DNA of 64,000 nt from Methanosarcinales archaeon (GCA_026016205.1 CP061209.1:33685-97684), one strand, 5' to 3'; positions 28,833 to 38,194 are shown, numbered from the stretch's first letter. The notes: a model not told the origin generated them from the sequence alone. A program made the numbers and translations.

Positions 28833-29613
28833 TCTAGAGATTTTAAGGCATATATCTGCAAAGACGGGTCTCGGTCTAAAGTATCTGTCAAAGGATGAGA
28901 AGATTTCAATCGTTCTGGAACAACTAGGGGATTTGTTCCCGGAGGTGATTTTAAAAGGGGGAACCGCTTTAAACAGGGTGTATCTGGCGAAATTGGGGGT
29001 TAGCAGATTTTCAGAAGATATAGACTTGGATTTCATCTCAAATAAGAATTTGAATGAAAAAATCTCTGCAATTAAAGAGAGGGCTGTGGGAATAAAAGGG
29101 TTTGATATAGAGGGTCCAAGAATTCTCCATAGAACCTTGAGGTTCGATTGTTACTATATGAATGAATTTGATGAAAGAGACCGGATAATGATAGAGTTCT
29201 ATCTCACCAAGACCAAATCCCTGAAGACAGAAGATATCTTGGTGAAATCCCCATTTATAGAGACGCATCCAGTTATCTTCAAGGTTTATTCTCTGGAAGA
29301 TTTAATGGCACGAAAGTTCATCGCTCTGTATAACAGGATGGAAAGAAAAGACATCTATGATATGTTTTACTGCTTGGATTTGAATTTTGATACGAAGGAT
29401 TTGCTCAAAGCGTTAAATCTCATGCTGGATTTTTACAAGGTAAATCGCCAGGGTTTTCTGAATGAACTTTTGCTGAGATTAAAAGAAGCAAGAAAAAATG
29501 CTTATTATATAGGAAATTCGACCAATCACTTCATACCCAGAAACATAAGGCCGGATTGGAGAGTCTTTATCGATACGTTAATGCTAAAAACTGAGAGGGT
29601 ACTCAAAGAGTAG
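28825..29613 (+). CDS. abiEii: AbiEii/AbiGii-family nucleotidyltransferase toxin (DUF1814)
   Basis: 'ILKGGTALNRVYL...RFSEDIDLDF' is the GG/DxD nucleotidyltransferase motif of AbiEii. 'LEDLMARKFIALYNRMERKDIYD' is also present. Confidence 0.8.
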   Translation: MADLEILRHISAKTGLGLKYLSKDEKISIVLEQLGDLFPEVILKGGTALNRVYLAKLGVSRFSEDIDLDFISNKNLNEKISAIKERAVGIKGFDIEGPRILHRTLRFDCYYMNEFDERDRIMIEFYLTKTKSLKTEDILVKSPFIETHPVIFKVYSLEDLMARKFIALYNRMERKDIYDMFYCLDLNFDTKDLLKALNLMLDFYKVNRQGFLNELLLRLKEARKNAYYIGNSTNHFIPRNIRPDWRVFIDTLMLKTERVLKE

Positions 29614-29667
29614 CAACTCTATTATTATTTAAAATATCTAAATTTTTATAGACTTCTTATTCATAAA

Positions 29668-30588
29668 TCACTTTATCGTCTTATTCAATCCTGCATCTAA
29701 ATCAACCTTTGGCTCCCAATTCAGGATTTCTTTTGCCTTAAAAATATCCGGGCATCTGCGCTTGGGGTCATCTTGTGGTAGTGCTTTGAAGGCTATTTCT
29801 GAATCAGAGTTAATGAGTTTCTTGACCTTTTCGGCTAACTCGCGTATTGTTACTTCATCTGGATTACCCAGATTGATGACCTCGCCCTCTGCACCGTTAG
29901 AGAACATTGCTCTGCATATGCCATCTACCATGTCAGAGATGTAACAAAAACTTCTCGTTTGAGAGCCATCGCCGTAGACCGTAATCGGCTCATTGGCTAG
30001 GGCTTGAGTGATGAAATTAGGGATAGCCCTACCATCCTCTTTTCTCATCCTCGGCCCATAGGTGTTGAATATTCTTGCAATTCTCACATCCAAGCCATGC
30101 TTGCGATGATATGCCATCGTCAACGCCTCCGCGAACCGTTTCGCCTCGTCATAGCAACTTCTTGGACCAATTGGATTAACGTTCCCCCAGTAGGACTCTG
30201 GTTGTGGATGGATAGTTGGATCGCCATAAACCTCAGACGATGATGCCAGCAGAAATGTGGCATCTTTTTCTTTAGCCAGTTCCAAAGCGTTGTGCGTTCC
30301 AGATGAGCCAGTTAGCAACGTCTCTACTGGCAATCGCTGATAATCCACTGGGCTGGCAGGGCTTGCCAGGTGAAAGAGGTAATCGATTTCCTCCTTGGTC
30401 GTCAATGGCTTGATTATGTCGTGTTGCAGATAGGTGAAATTTTTGTTGTTTGACAAGTGGGCGATGTTTTCGCTCGTTCCCGTGCACAAATTGTCCAGAC
30501 AGATGACCCTGTGGCCATCATTTAGCAATTTTTCACACAGATGTGAGCCTATGAATCCTGCACCGCCCGTAACCATTATTTTAGCCAT
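29668..30588 (-). CDS. UDP-glucuronate decarboxylase (UDP-xylose synthase)-like SDR
   Basis: '[42 protein letters not shown]', '[11 protein letters not shown]', 'SSSEVYGDP' and '[11 protein letters not shown]' (YxxxK) follow the UXS-type pattern. A Ugd gene lies at 33590-34873. Confidence 0.75.
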   Translation of the reverse strand: MAKIMVTGGAGFIGSHLCEKLLNDGHRVICLDNLCTGTSENIAHLSNNKNFTYLQHDIIKPLTTKEEIDYLFHLASPASPVDYQRLPVETLLTGSSGTHNALELAKEKDATFLLASSSEVYGDPTIHPQPESYWGNVNPIGPRSCYDEAKRFAEALTMAYHRKHGLDVRIARIFNTYGPRMRKEDGRAIPNFITQALANEPITVYGDGSQTRSFCYISDMVDGICRAMFSNGAEGEVINLGNPDEVTIRELAEKVKKLINSDSEIAFKALPQDDPKRRCPDIFKAKEILNWEPKVDLDAGLNKTIK

Positions 30589-30627
30589 TGTTTGCCGCCT
30601 TTGGAAATTTGGGATAAATTGGGGATA

Positions 30628-31134
30628 TCATTTGAGAACGTAGTAAGCACCTTTTTTCTCTATCAAGTTAAGTTTAACTAGTTTGCTCAAGTCCAATCTG
30701 GCAGTTTCGCTGGAAACATTTAGGAACAATGCTTTTAAGTCAGCATTTGTGATTTTCTTATTTCTTTTAAGAAACTCGATGGCTTTAATCTGCCTTTCAT
30801 TTAATCCCAAATCTCTTAAGTATTCTTCAGTTAATTTTCCAACAAATGTTACAGCCAAATGCCCCTCTCCTTTTGACATCTTCATTTTGTCTCGCCAAAA
30901 CTCGCCAAAACTCGCCAAAACATAGTGAGTCCCTGGACCCCTGCCCCTCTTTTCAATCAATTTCTTATTAACTAAACCATTTAATTCTCTGTTAGCGGTT
31001 CTCTCAGAGACGCTATAAAGTTTCTCGTATTCTGCCCTTGTAATTTTGCCATATTTTTCAATGTGCTTAATAGATTTCTCCTGTCCTTCGCCATTGGTAA
31101 TTATAGATAAGATTGCATCGCCCAAATTATTCAT
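30628..31134 (-). CDS. Protein with two tandem winged-helix DNA-binding domains
   Basis: Two copies of the pattern 'I(T)RAEYEKL..VSERTANRELNGLVNKKLIEKRGRGPGTHYVL' and 'ITNADLKALFLNVSSETARLDLSKLVKLNLIEKKGAYYVLK'. The junction is encoded by a 10-bp x3 tandem repeat. Confidence 0.55.
   Translation of the reverse strand: MNNLGDAILSIITNGEGQEKSIKHIEKYGKITRAEYEKLYSVSERTANRELNGLVNKKLIEKRGRGPGTHYVLASFGEFWRDKMKMSKGEGHLAVTFVGKLTEEYLRDLGLNERQIKAIEFLKRNKKITNADLKALFLNVSSETARLDLSKLVKLNLIEKKGAYYVLK
30891..30920. repeat. Perfect tandem repeat, 3 x 10 bp (ctcgccaaaa)
   Basis: Read directly: ctcgccaaaa ctcgccaaaa ctcgccaaaa. It lies inside the wHTH gene and encodes VLASFGEFWR on the - strand. Confidence 0.95.
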
Positions 31135-31211
31135 ATCTTCCCCACTACTAATTTATCTACTACATGGCCTTCAATAAATCCTGCACCGCCCGTTACGAGT
31201 GTCGTTTTCAT
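31131..31211 (-). pseudogene. 5'-terminal remnant (26 codons) of an NAD-dependent epimerase/dehydratase gene
   Basis: The reverse strand reads ATG AAA ACG ... = [26 protein letters not shown]. This is a Rossmann GxxGxxG N-terminus that terminates after 26 aa. Its stop overlaps the ATG of the wHTH gene. Confidence 0.65.
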
Positions 31212-31338
31212 CAGGTGGCTATATCCCATTATTCGTATATTAAACCAACTTCCTCGCAATGTGGATACTTATTCAAGTAAGACTTAAATAAGATAACCTT
31301 CTTACTTTGTAAAGGTGATAAGGTTGGCTACAGTTAAG

Positions 31339-31587
31339 ATGTCTTCCAGGGGGCAGGTAGTGATACCAAAGCAACTACGAGACGATCTTGGCCTGGTTGA
31401 AGGTTGCAAATTAAAGGTGTTTCGAGAAGGAAAAAAGATGGTTATGATAACAGAGCCCGAAAGCAAACCAGAAGAATTATTTGTAGCCGCCAAGAAGGAT
31501 GCCACAAAAGAGGCCATGGAAGTCTCACATGAAGTCGATGAGACAAAACTGAGAAAACTCCTGAAAGAAGTCGGTGTTGAAGCGTGA
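31339..31587 (+). CDS. vapB: AbrB/SpoVT-family antitoxin (VapB-like)
   Basis: 'MSSRGQVVIPKQLRDDLGLVEGCKLKVF' is the swapped-hairpin AbrB/MazE motif. It overlaps the downstream PIN gene by 4 nt. Confidence 0.75.
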   Translation: MSSRGQVVIPKQLRDDLGLVEGCKLKVFREGKKMVMITEPESKPEELFVAAKKDATKEAMEVSHEVDETKLRKLLKEVGVEA

Positions 31588-32042
31588 GCAAGGTCGTATT
31601 GGATGCCGGGGTATGGGTGGAGTACATCAACAAAAACGGCAGATACCATGCCCAAGCTAAAACGATTGTCGACCGAATAAATAATGATGCAATAGTTGCA
31701 GCAGTCAGTCCAATAACCCTAAGCGAGATTTATTATGTTTCTGAGAGGGTCTACAAAGAAGTATTTGGGGCAAGCTTGGCAAAACAAAAAGCTGAAAAGC
31801 TTTATAATTTCATCTACTATCACCCGAACACAGAAGTTGTGTCCATCGACCATAAACTGGGTCTGAGGGCTGGAGAGATAAAATCAGAATATAACATCGC
31901 CATATCTGACTGCTACTCACTTGCTTTATCTGAAAAAGGTGGTGTACCAGTAGTATTCAGGCATGTGGAAAATGAGATGATGCCACGTTTGAAAGATATT
32001 AAAAAAGACTTCAATATAATATTCCTTGAAGAATACGTTTAG
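31584..32042 (+). CDS. vapC: PIN-domain toxin (VapC-like)
   Basis: GTG start. 'VVLDAGVWVEYI' carries the first acidic residue, 'ITLSEIYYV' follows, and 'ISDCYSLALSEKGGVPVV' carries a later acidic residue. The size (152 aa) and the pairing with an AbrB antitoxin fit VapC. Confidence 0.7.
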   Translation: MSKVVLDAGVWVEYINKNGRYHAQAKTIVDRINNDAIVAAVSPITLSEIYYVSERVYKEVFGASLAKQKAEKLYNFIYYHPNTEVVSIDHKLGLRAGEIKSEYNIAISDCYSLALSEKGGVPVVFRHVENEMMPRLKDIKKDFNIIFLEEYV

Positions 32043-32136
32043 GGTAGCATGATGAAGTAAAAATTTTAAATATAAAAAATAATAGATGCAGATTTTTAGG
32101 ATACTTTATAGAAAATGAAATCAACGTGGGTGAAAC

Positions 32137-32559
32137 ATGAGGAAAATTAACATATTCGACAAATCAATTCCAATGATAGCGATCATAGCAATGGTACTCA
32201 TGGTAGGTATGGCCGGAGCTATAACTTATCACTACTCCCTAATCGGGGGCACAGTCAAGGTCGAAGAGCCTGTGATAACTACGTCTCCACAGGATAGTTA
32301 CACAATAACCATGGATGCATCTTCCATCGAGACAAAGAGCATAACGATTACCAGCACCTTGGATAAAACCGCGTATATAACTACTCTTCCTGGAGATGAG
32401 ACAACGCTGAAGGAATGGGGGAAAGATTTGATCGTTTATCCTAACAATGAGTCCGTAACACTAACCGCTGGCGTGGGGTACAGGGTGACGATCTTCCATT
32501 ATGCAAGTGAAGATTTGCCAGCAGGGGAGTATCATATTAGAGTAGAGGTATCATATTAG
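32137..32559 (+). CDS. Membrane-anchored or secreted hypothetical protein (beta-rich)
   Basis: The N-terminal hydrophobic segment is 'IPMIAIIAMVLMVGMAGAI', followed by a Thr/Ser-rich sequence predicted to be beta-rich. No motif was recognised. Confidence 0.45.
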   Translation: MRKINIFDKSIPMIAIIAMVLMVGMAGAITYHYSLIGGTVKVEEPVITTSPQDSYTITMDASSIETKSITITSTLDKTAYITTLPGDETTLKEWGKDLIVYPNNESVTLTAGVGYRVTIFHYASEDLPAGEYHIRVEVSY

Positions 32560-32589
32560 GGCAGTGCCGCTTAAACCAAACGCGAGGTG

Positions 32590-33585
32590 CTAAAACTCAA
32601 TCGTCGACGAATCGCCTATATTGAGCGATTTTGATTTGCCGGTGAGATTGACCTTATCGCCGATGATGCTCGATTTGAGGCTCATGTTGACGATATCCGC
32701 TCCTGCACCGATGATGCTGTCCTCGATAATCGAATTTTTGATGACGGTGTTATCGGCGACCGACACGTTAGGGCCAATAACTGAGTTGATGAGCTTCGCA
32801 CTAGGACCGATGGCAATTGGTTGTATTATGATAGAGTTGGTAGATTTGACGTCATTCTCGCCTTTTTCTGCCAATAGCACTCTATTTGCTTCCAGTAACG
32901 TATCAGCCCTGCCGCAGTCATACCAATCATGCACGGGAAACGTTTTCAGCTCTGCATCAGCATCCACCATGAGCTGAAGCGCATCCGTGAGTTGATATTC
33001 GCCTTTTTTGCTGCCTTTGGTCAGTTTGCTCAGCGATTCAAATAAAAGCGGCATATCCTCTATGATGTAGATACCTGCAATCGCGCGATTTGAGGTCGAG
33101 CTGGATGGCTTTTCAATGAGTTTGGTGATTGTACCATCTTTCACGTATACAATGCCGTAGTGTTCTGGCGCATCCACGGTCTTAACTCCGATGGAACCGG
33201 CACATTCGCCATTGCTCCTGTGCCTGGCCAGAAACTCGCTATACCCTGCCTTAAAGATCATGTCGCCCAGTGCTATCATCACCGGCGCATCTCCGACAAC
33301 ATCCTTCGTGACGTATATCGCATGCCCCAAGCCCAACGGCTCATCCTGGGTGATGTATGTGATTTTGTCGAATTTGCCGGCATAATTTGCGTCTATATAC
33401 GAAATCGTCTTGCTTTTCATCTGCCCGACGACGATGACAACCTCTTCTGGATGGACGTCGATTAATCGGTCAAGAATGTGCCCTATAATCGGCTTGCCAG
33501 CTACGAACACCATCGGTTTTGGCTTAGTGTGCGTATGGGGATACAGTCTCTTGCCAACGCCCGCCGCAGGTATGATTACTTTCAT
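32590..33585 (-). CDS. Sugar-1-phosphate nucleotidyltransferase with a hexapeptide-repeat C-terminus
   Basis: Start taken at MKVIIPAAGVGKRLYPHTHTKPKPMV (the GxGxRL signature). The C-terminal left-handed beta-helix repeats read 'IGPNVSVADNTVIKNSIIEDSIIGAGADI'. Confidence 0.8.
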   Translation of the reverse strand: MKVIIPAAGVGKRLYPHTHTKPKPMVFVAGKPIIGHILDRLIDVHPEEVVIVVGQMKSKTISYIDANYAGKFDKITYITQDEPLGLGHAIYVTKDVVGDAPVMIALGDMIFKAGYSEFLARHRSNGECAGSIGVKTVDAPEHYGIVYVKDGTITKLIEKPSSSTSNRAIAGIYIIEDMPLLFESLSKLTKGSKKGEYQLTDALQLMVDADAELKTFPVHDWYDCGRADTLLEANRVLLAEKGENDVKSTNSIIIQPIAIGPSAKLINSVIGPNVSVADNTVIKNSIIEDSIIGAGADIVNMSLKSSIIGDKVNLTGKSKSLNIGDSSTIEF

Positions 33586-33589
33586 CGAA

Positions 33590-34873
33590 TCACCAGCATA
33601 ATCCTTCATAATCGATATCTTTTCTGGGAGTAATTACCTTCCGCCCATCGATGACGATTTTGTTTTTCATTACATTGAACTCGTCGCCCAGTTTTTTAAA
33701 CTCTTCCCATTCGGTCATCACAAGGCATGCATCCGCATCTTTCAGTGCATCCTTTGCGCTGTGACAATATTCGACATCAGGAAAGATGGCACGCATGTTT
33801 TCATTTGCCAGTGGGTCGTATGTAGATACATTGCCCCCCTTCTCCAATAACATCCTTATGGCCGGAATCGCCCTTGATTCTCTGATATCATCGGTATCGT
33901 TCTTAAAAGCAAGCCCGAGTACCGCGATTTTTTTGCCTGAGATATTCCCTGCTCTTCGTTCAAGCAGGCAAATCATTCTTTCTGGCTGCTCCTCATTTAC
34001 GTCCATCACGGATTTTAGTACTTTTGGCTGATATCCAAGCATCTCTGCCTTATGAATCAGTGCCTTCACATCCTTTGGGAAACAGCTGCCGCCAAAGCCA
34101 ACGCCGGCTTGCAGAAAGTGGGGAGAGATTCGCTGGTCCAGTCCAACTGCACGCATGACATCATACACATCGATGCCCAGCATCTTGCACATGTTTCCAA
34201 TCTCGTTGGAGAAGGATATCTTCGTCGCGAGAAATGCGTTGGACGCATACTTAATCATCTCGGCGGTTTTTAAGTCAATCCTAATCATCGGCGCGTTCAA
34301 ATCCTTATACAACTGTGCTACAATCTCGCCAGACCGCTCATCCAACTCGCCGATAACAACCCTGTCAGGGTGCATGAAATCATGAATCGCATTGCCCTCT
34401 CTGAGAAACTCGGGGTTCATGACGATGCCGAAGTCAGCCCCTGCCTTTTTTTGAGAATGCTCTTCAATAATCGGTATTATGACGTTTTGGGTAGTTTCTG
34501 GAACTACTGTACTCTTGACTGCGATTACATGATAATTTTCACTATTTTTTAGCGTTATGCCAACGCTCTTGCTTGCAGCTTTAATGAGCGACAAATCAAT
34601 CTCGCCGTTCGGACCAGAAGGGGTGCCCACGCAGATGAAGCAAACGTCAGAGTCCGCGATAGTATCATAATCAGTAGTAGCTCTCAACCGTTTGCCAACA
34701 TGCTTCTGGAGTAATTCTTTCAAGCAGTCTTCGTGGATAGGTGGGCTTCCTGCATTAATCTTGTCTACTTTTTCTTCGTCGATGTCAATGCAACACACAT
34801 TATGCCCCAATTCAGCGAGGCACGCTGCCGTGGTCGCTCCGACATAACCAGCTCCAATAACACAAACCTTCAT
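33590..34873 (-). CDS. ugd: UDP-glucose 6-dehydrogenase
   Basis: 'MKVCVIGAGYVGATTAACLAELGH' and 'GFGGSCFPKD' (catalytic Cys motif) are present, with the C-terminal 'GLAFKNDTDDIRESRA'. Confidence 0.9.
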   Translation of the reverse strand: MKVCVIGAGYVGATTAACLAELGHNVCCIDIDEEKVDKINAGSPPIHEDCLKELLQKHVGKRLRATTDYDTIADSDVCFICVGTPSGPNGEIDLSLIKAASKSVGITLKNSENYHVIAVKSTVVPETTQNVIIPIIEEHSQKKAGADFGIVMNPEFLREGNAIHDFMHPDRVVIGELDERSGEIVAQLYKDLNAPMIRIDLKTAEMIKYASNAFLATKISFSNEIGNMCKMLGIDVYDVMRAVGLDQRISPHFLQAGVGFGGSCFPKDVKALIHKAEMLGYQPKVLKSVMDVNEEQPERMICLLERRAGNISGKKIAVLGLAFKNDTDDIRESRAIPAIRMLLEKGGNVSTYDPLANENMRAIFPDVEYCHSAKDALKDADACLVMTEWEEFKKLGDEFNVMKNKIVIDGRKVITPRKDIDYEGLCW

Positions 34874-34886
34874 AATTCTCACTCAA

Positions 34887-35882
34887 TCATCGCACCTTAT
34901 AATAATCCTTTATCCTTACAACATCCTCTGGATGCGGCGTAGAAACCTCGTGGATAATCGCATTCTCTTCTGCAACGATGGTATGCGGCGTGTTCGGCTC
35001 TATCCTGATTGCATCTCCCTTCTTAAATCTTTCCTTCCTATCCTCAAATTCTATATAACCCGAACCGCTCACGATGTGCATCGTTTCATCTCTCTTCTCG
35101 TGGTAGTGGTATGATGTTTGATAGCTGCCCTTGATGAACAACTCCTTTCTCAGCTCCTCGCTTGTGAGTGACAGAACCTTTTCATACCCCCATGGCTTAT
35201 CCGTCCTGTTTGCGTACTCTTTCCTGATTTCCTCCAAATCTTTGCTCGTGTCAATCGACGTCCAGAGACAATCTTCTGCATAATAGCCCAGTTTGCCCTC
35301 CTTTGCAAGCGCTGGAAAGACGGTATCCTCTATGGCGCCTGTTTCAAAGTCCTCAAAGAATGCCAGACAGGCATTATCGAGACAATAAACGCCCCCATTA
35401 ATGTAGTGGTCCAGGACGGGTTTTTCCTTAAAGGATTTAATCCGCTCCTCGTTCAACACCACGATTCCATACGGGCTTCTCAGCCTGGTGACGAGCATAG
35501 TCGCCAGGAAGTCAGAGTCATTAAACTCGGAGACCATCTTTCTCAGGTTGAGGTCTGTGACGACATCTCCATTTCTTACGACTGCATCTTTGCCGACAAA
35601 TTCCATGCCCCTGCGTATGGCATTCAACGTTCCCAGCGGCGCATCCTCGATTAGATATCTAAGTTTCATGCCCTTGTATTCGGGGCCGTAGCGCCCCTCA
35701 ATTTTCTCGCCAAGGTAACCAGTCAGCAGGATAACCTCATCGATACCTGCGGAGGCAAAATCAAGCATTTGTTTATCTAAAATCGTGTACCCTTCCTTGA
35801 GCTCGACAAGGGATTTTGGGGTGTTGGACGTCACTGGGCGCAGGCGCTTGCCCTGTCCACCACATAGAACTATGCCAATCAT
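34887..35882 (-). CDS. Bifunctional-type nucleotidyltransferase with a C-terminal cupin (mannose-1-P guanylyltransferase / phosphomannose isomerase type II-like)
   Basis: The N-terminus is '[23 protein letters not shown]'. The C-terminal cupin is '[25 protein letters not shown]...IRIEPNTPH'. Confidence 0.7.
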   Translation of the reverse strand: MIGIVLCGGQGKRLRPVTSNTPKSLVELKEGYTILDKQMLDFASAGIDEVILLTGYLGEKIEGRYGPEYKGMKLRYLIEDAPLGTLNAIRRGMEFVGKDAVVRNGDVVTDLNLRKMVSEFNDSDFLATMLVTRLRSPYGIVVLNEERIKSFKEKPVLDHYINGGVYCLDNACLAFFEDFETGAIEDTVFPALAKEGKLGYYAEDCLWTSIDTSKDLEEIRKEYANRTDKPWGYEKVLSLTSEELRKELFIKGSYQTSYHYHEKRDETMHIVSGSGYIEFEDRKERFKKGDAIRIEPNTPHTIVAEENAIIHEVSTPHPEDVVRIKDYYKVR

Positions 35883-35971
35883 GATGATACCTCTACATCA
35901 TATTTTACAATAATATATATAGTATCGGTGCATATGGTGCATGCTTCTCTTGAGAGAAGTAAAAATAAGAG

Positions 35972-36388
35972 ATGTGTGATACAATGGAGCATAAGACTGT
36001 AGATTTAAAGATTAAGGATTTGAATGTGAACTCAAAGAACATTAATGCACTTGTTAAGGTGCTTGAGGTGGGAGAGCCCAAAGATATCCCATCAAGATTT
36101 GGAGACAAAAAAGTTTCAGAAGTGAAAGTGGGCGACGAAACTGGCTGCATCCTAATGTCGCTCTGGAATGACCAGATTGGCAAGGTAAACGTCGGTGACG
36201 TTATCTCTATCGAAAATGGATATATTTCGGTCGTTAGAAACTCGATGAGACTGAACATCGGCAAATACGGAAAAATGCTGATCTCAGAAGAAGAACTGAA
36301 GGATGTTAATGAAGAAGTCAACATATCCGACCAGCACGTCGAAGGAGCACAAAAGCGGGGATTTGGTGGCGGACGGAGAAGGTACTGA
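35972..36388 (+). CDS. Single OB-fold ssDNA-binding protein with an RGG tail
   Basis: 'INALVKVLEVGEPKDIPSRFGDKKVSEVKVGDETGCILMSLWNDQIGKVNVGDVISIENGYISVVRNSMRLNIGKYG' is an OB-fold pattern like SOSS-B/archaeal short RPA. The C-terminus is 'RGFGGGRRRY'. Confidence 0.65.
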   Translation: MCDTMEHKTVDLKIKDLNVNSKNINALVKVLEVGEPKDIPSRFGDKKVSEVKVGDETGCILMSLWNDQIGKVNVGDVISIENGYISVVRNSMRLNIGKYGKMLISEEELKDVNEEVNISDQHVEGAQKRGFGGGRRRY

Positions 36389-36396
36389 TACCTTCT

Positions 36397-36822
36397 CTAA
36401 TCTTTTTTATTTTTCTTTTTATACAGGTAGAATACAGCGCTTTTGTAGTTTACTACGGACTCATTAAAACACTCGCTAAGGTCTGCCTTTTCTGACCCAA
36501 GCGGCCTGATGATTACGTCGGCTCTAACCTGCTTTGCAACAGATGCGATTGCATGTTGCATCTCCAGAGGAGCCCTGATCGAGTAGAGCAGGCTTGCACC
36601 TTCATATATCTGCAGTTCTGGTTTGAATATGTCATCTTTGACAAAAGGAACATCTACATCCTGCCCTGCAATATCGGTTCCGATTACATTTACGTGGTCC
36701 TTGAGCAGAAGCGCCACTTCCGGGTGCTTTCCTATGCCAACCTCTATGACCTTGCCCTTGTAGTGCCTGGCGATGTACTCCGCCAAATCTTTATGACCTC
36801 TAACTTTTATAGATTCTTCCAT
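36397..36822 (-). CDS. UPF0146-family protein (Rossmann-like, MTH1000-type)
   Basis: Start taken at MEESIKVRGHKDLAEYIARHYKGKVIEVGIGKHPEVALLL. 'GTDI' and 'LLYSIRAPLEM' fit UPF0146. The upstream 38 codons of the ORF overlap amzA and look non-coding. Confidence 0.6.
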   Translation of the reverse strand: MEESIKVRGHKDLAEYIARHYKGKVIEVGIGKHPEVALLLKDHVNVIGTDIAGQDVDVPFVKDDIFKPELQIYEGASLLYSIRAPLEMQHAIASVAKQVRADVIIRPLGSEKADLSECFNESVVNYKSAVFYLYKKKNKKD

Positions 36823-37315
36823 GCACATAGGCGTAATCCCGGTAGGCAGAATTGATACGAAGATACTTAAATGCGTCTGCGATGCGCTACACGAGGTTTT
36901 TGGCATCTCTGCTGAAATTAAGGATGCACAGCCCATTCCGGATGGCGCTTATATTGAAGAAAGAGGGCAATATCTTGCATTTGCCTTTGTATCAGTCGCT
37001 TCTGTAGGCGAATGCGATAAAAATATCGTTATAACAGATGTGGACGTCTACTCGCCAGAGCTGAACTTCGTGTTCGGGCAGGCGGAGTTGGGCGGAAACG
37101 GCTGCATGATTTCGATTCACAGGCTTCAATCCAATGAGAGTAACCTTCTAGAGGAGAGGGCTAAAAAGGAAGCTGTACACGAAATTGGGCATACATTGGG
37201 TTTATCTCATTGTCAGGATAAAAAGTGCGTTATGTCATATTCGCCAAGCATAAATGATGTGGACTATAAAGGGCGAACACTATGTCCAAGGTGTGAAAGG
37301 ATATGCTCTTGCTAA
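36821..37315 (+). CDS. amzA: Archaemetzincin (zinc metallopeptidase)
   Basis: 'HEIGHTLGLSHCQDKKCVMSY...CPRCERIC' is the HExxHxxGxxHC...C...CxxC archaemetzincin signature. Confidence 0.9.
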   Translation: MHIGVIPVGRIDTKILKCVCDALHEVFGISAEIKDAQPIPDGAYIEERGQYLAFAFVSVASVGECDKNIVITDVDVYSPELNFVFGQAELGGNGCMISIHRLQSNESNLLEERAKKEAVHEIGHTLGLSHCQDKKCVMSYSPSINDVDYKGRTLCPRCERICSC

Positions 37316-37830
37316 GAAAGTTTCAACCTGCGGATTTTCAGCAGGTGATGATGATAGAGGAGGAGGTATTTAGCGACCACAATCCGTTGGTATATATGCG
37401 ATTGTATGAACTGAATCCCGACGGATTTCTAGTTGCTGAAAAGGACGGCACCATAGTGGGCTTTGTGGTTGGCATTTTAGTCTCAGAGAATACAGGACGT
37501 GTGCTTTCCCTTGCCATTGCTAACGAGTACAGGAGGTCCGGCGTTGCCACGCAATTGGTGAATAAGATATTGAAGATATTCGCTGAAGGTGGAGTTGAGA
37601 GCGTGCGCTTGGAGGTACGAAAGAGCAATACTGGCGCACAGCACTTTTATCAAGGATTGGGGTTTATGGTCAATGGAAGTGCTCCACAATACTATTCGGA
37701 TGGGGAGGACGCAACCATAATGGTAAAGGTATTAGGTAAAGGAGTTGATACAGATGGAAGTGGACGAATTTATTCAGATGCTGCAATCTCTTGCAGAAAA
37801 AGAACTCAGCATAGGCCTGCAAAACTGTGA
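37303..37830 (+). CDS. rimI: GNAT N-acetyltransferase (RimI-like)
   Basis: 'IVGFVVG...VLSLAIANEYRRSGVATQLVNKIL' is the Q/RxxGxA acetyl-CoA motif, followed by 'LEVRKSNTGAQHFYQGLGF'. The C-terminal ~30 aa may be read-through. Confidence 0.75.
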   Translation: MLLLRKFQPADFQQVMMIEEEVFSDHNPLVYMRLYELNPDGFLVAEKDGTIVGFVVGILVSENTGRVLSLAIANEYRRSGVATQLVNKILKIFAEGGVESVRLEVRKSNTGAQHFYQGLGFMVNGSAPQYYSDGEDATIMVKVLGKGVDTDGSGRIYSDAAISCRKRTQHRPAKL

Positions 37831-38194
37831 AGTGAAGACAAAAAATCTTCAGCTTGCGGCCAATGGGGTGTTGACAGTGAGCTCTGCAGAAGAGGTGCGC
37901 GACCTTGAGCTTAGTGGACAGCTAACTGTCAGGAGTTCAGACAAGCAACTCGTTGAACTTTCCGTTGTTGACCAGAGCATCATCGTTGATATCAAGAGCC
38001 TTACAGTCGCTAAACTCATCAACTTGGGCAAGGGTGAAGGTAAAAAAGAAGGCAAGGGAAAGAATGAAGTATTTGCTATCCTAGAGGCGCTACAACATAA
38101 GGGCTACCCTATCCTAATAAAATATAAAGGAATTACAGTTGTGAAAGACATCTCGAATATCCTGAAGTGGCTATCAGGGCATGCAGAGCGATAG
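37745..38194 (+). CDS. Hypothetical protein (149 aa)
   Basis: ORF with ordinary composition. No motif was recognised, and the start is uncertain (37745 or 37754). Confidence 0.4.
   Translation: MIQMEVDEFIQMLQSLAEKELSIGLQNCEVKTKNLQLAANGVLTVSSAEEVRDLELSGQLTVRSSDKQLVELSVVDQSIIVDIKSLTVAKLINLGKGEGKKEGKGKNEVFAILEALQHKGYPILIKYKGITVVKDISNILKWLSGHAER

Noticed and set aside
35905-36324. 139-aa - strand ORF
   Set aside because: It is antisense to the OB-fold SSB gene. The translation is Ser/Phe/Thr-rich and low in complexity.
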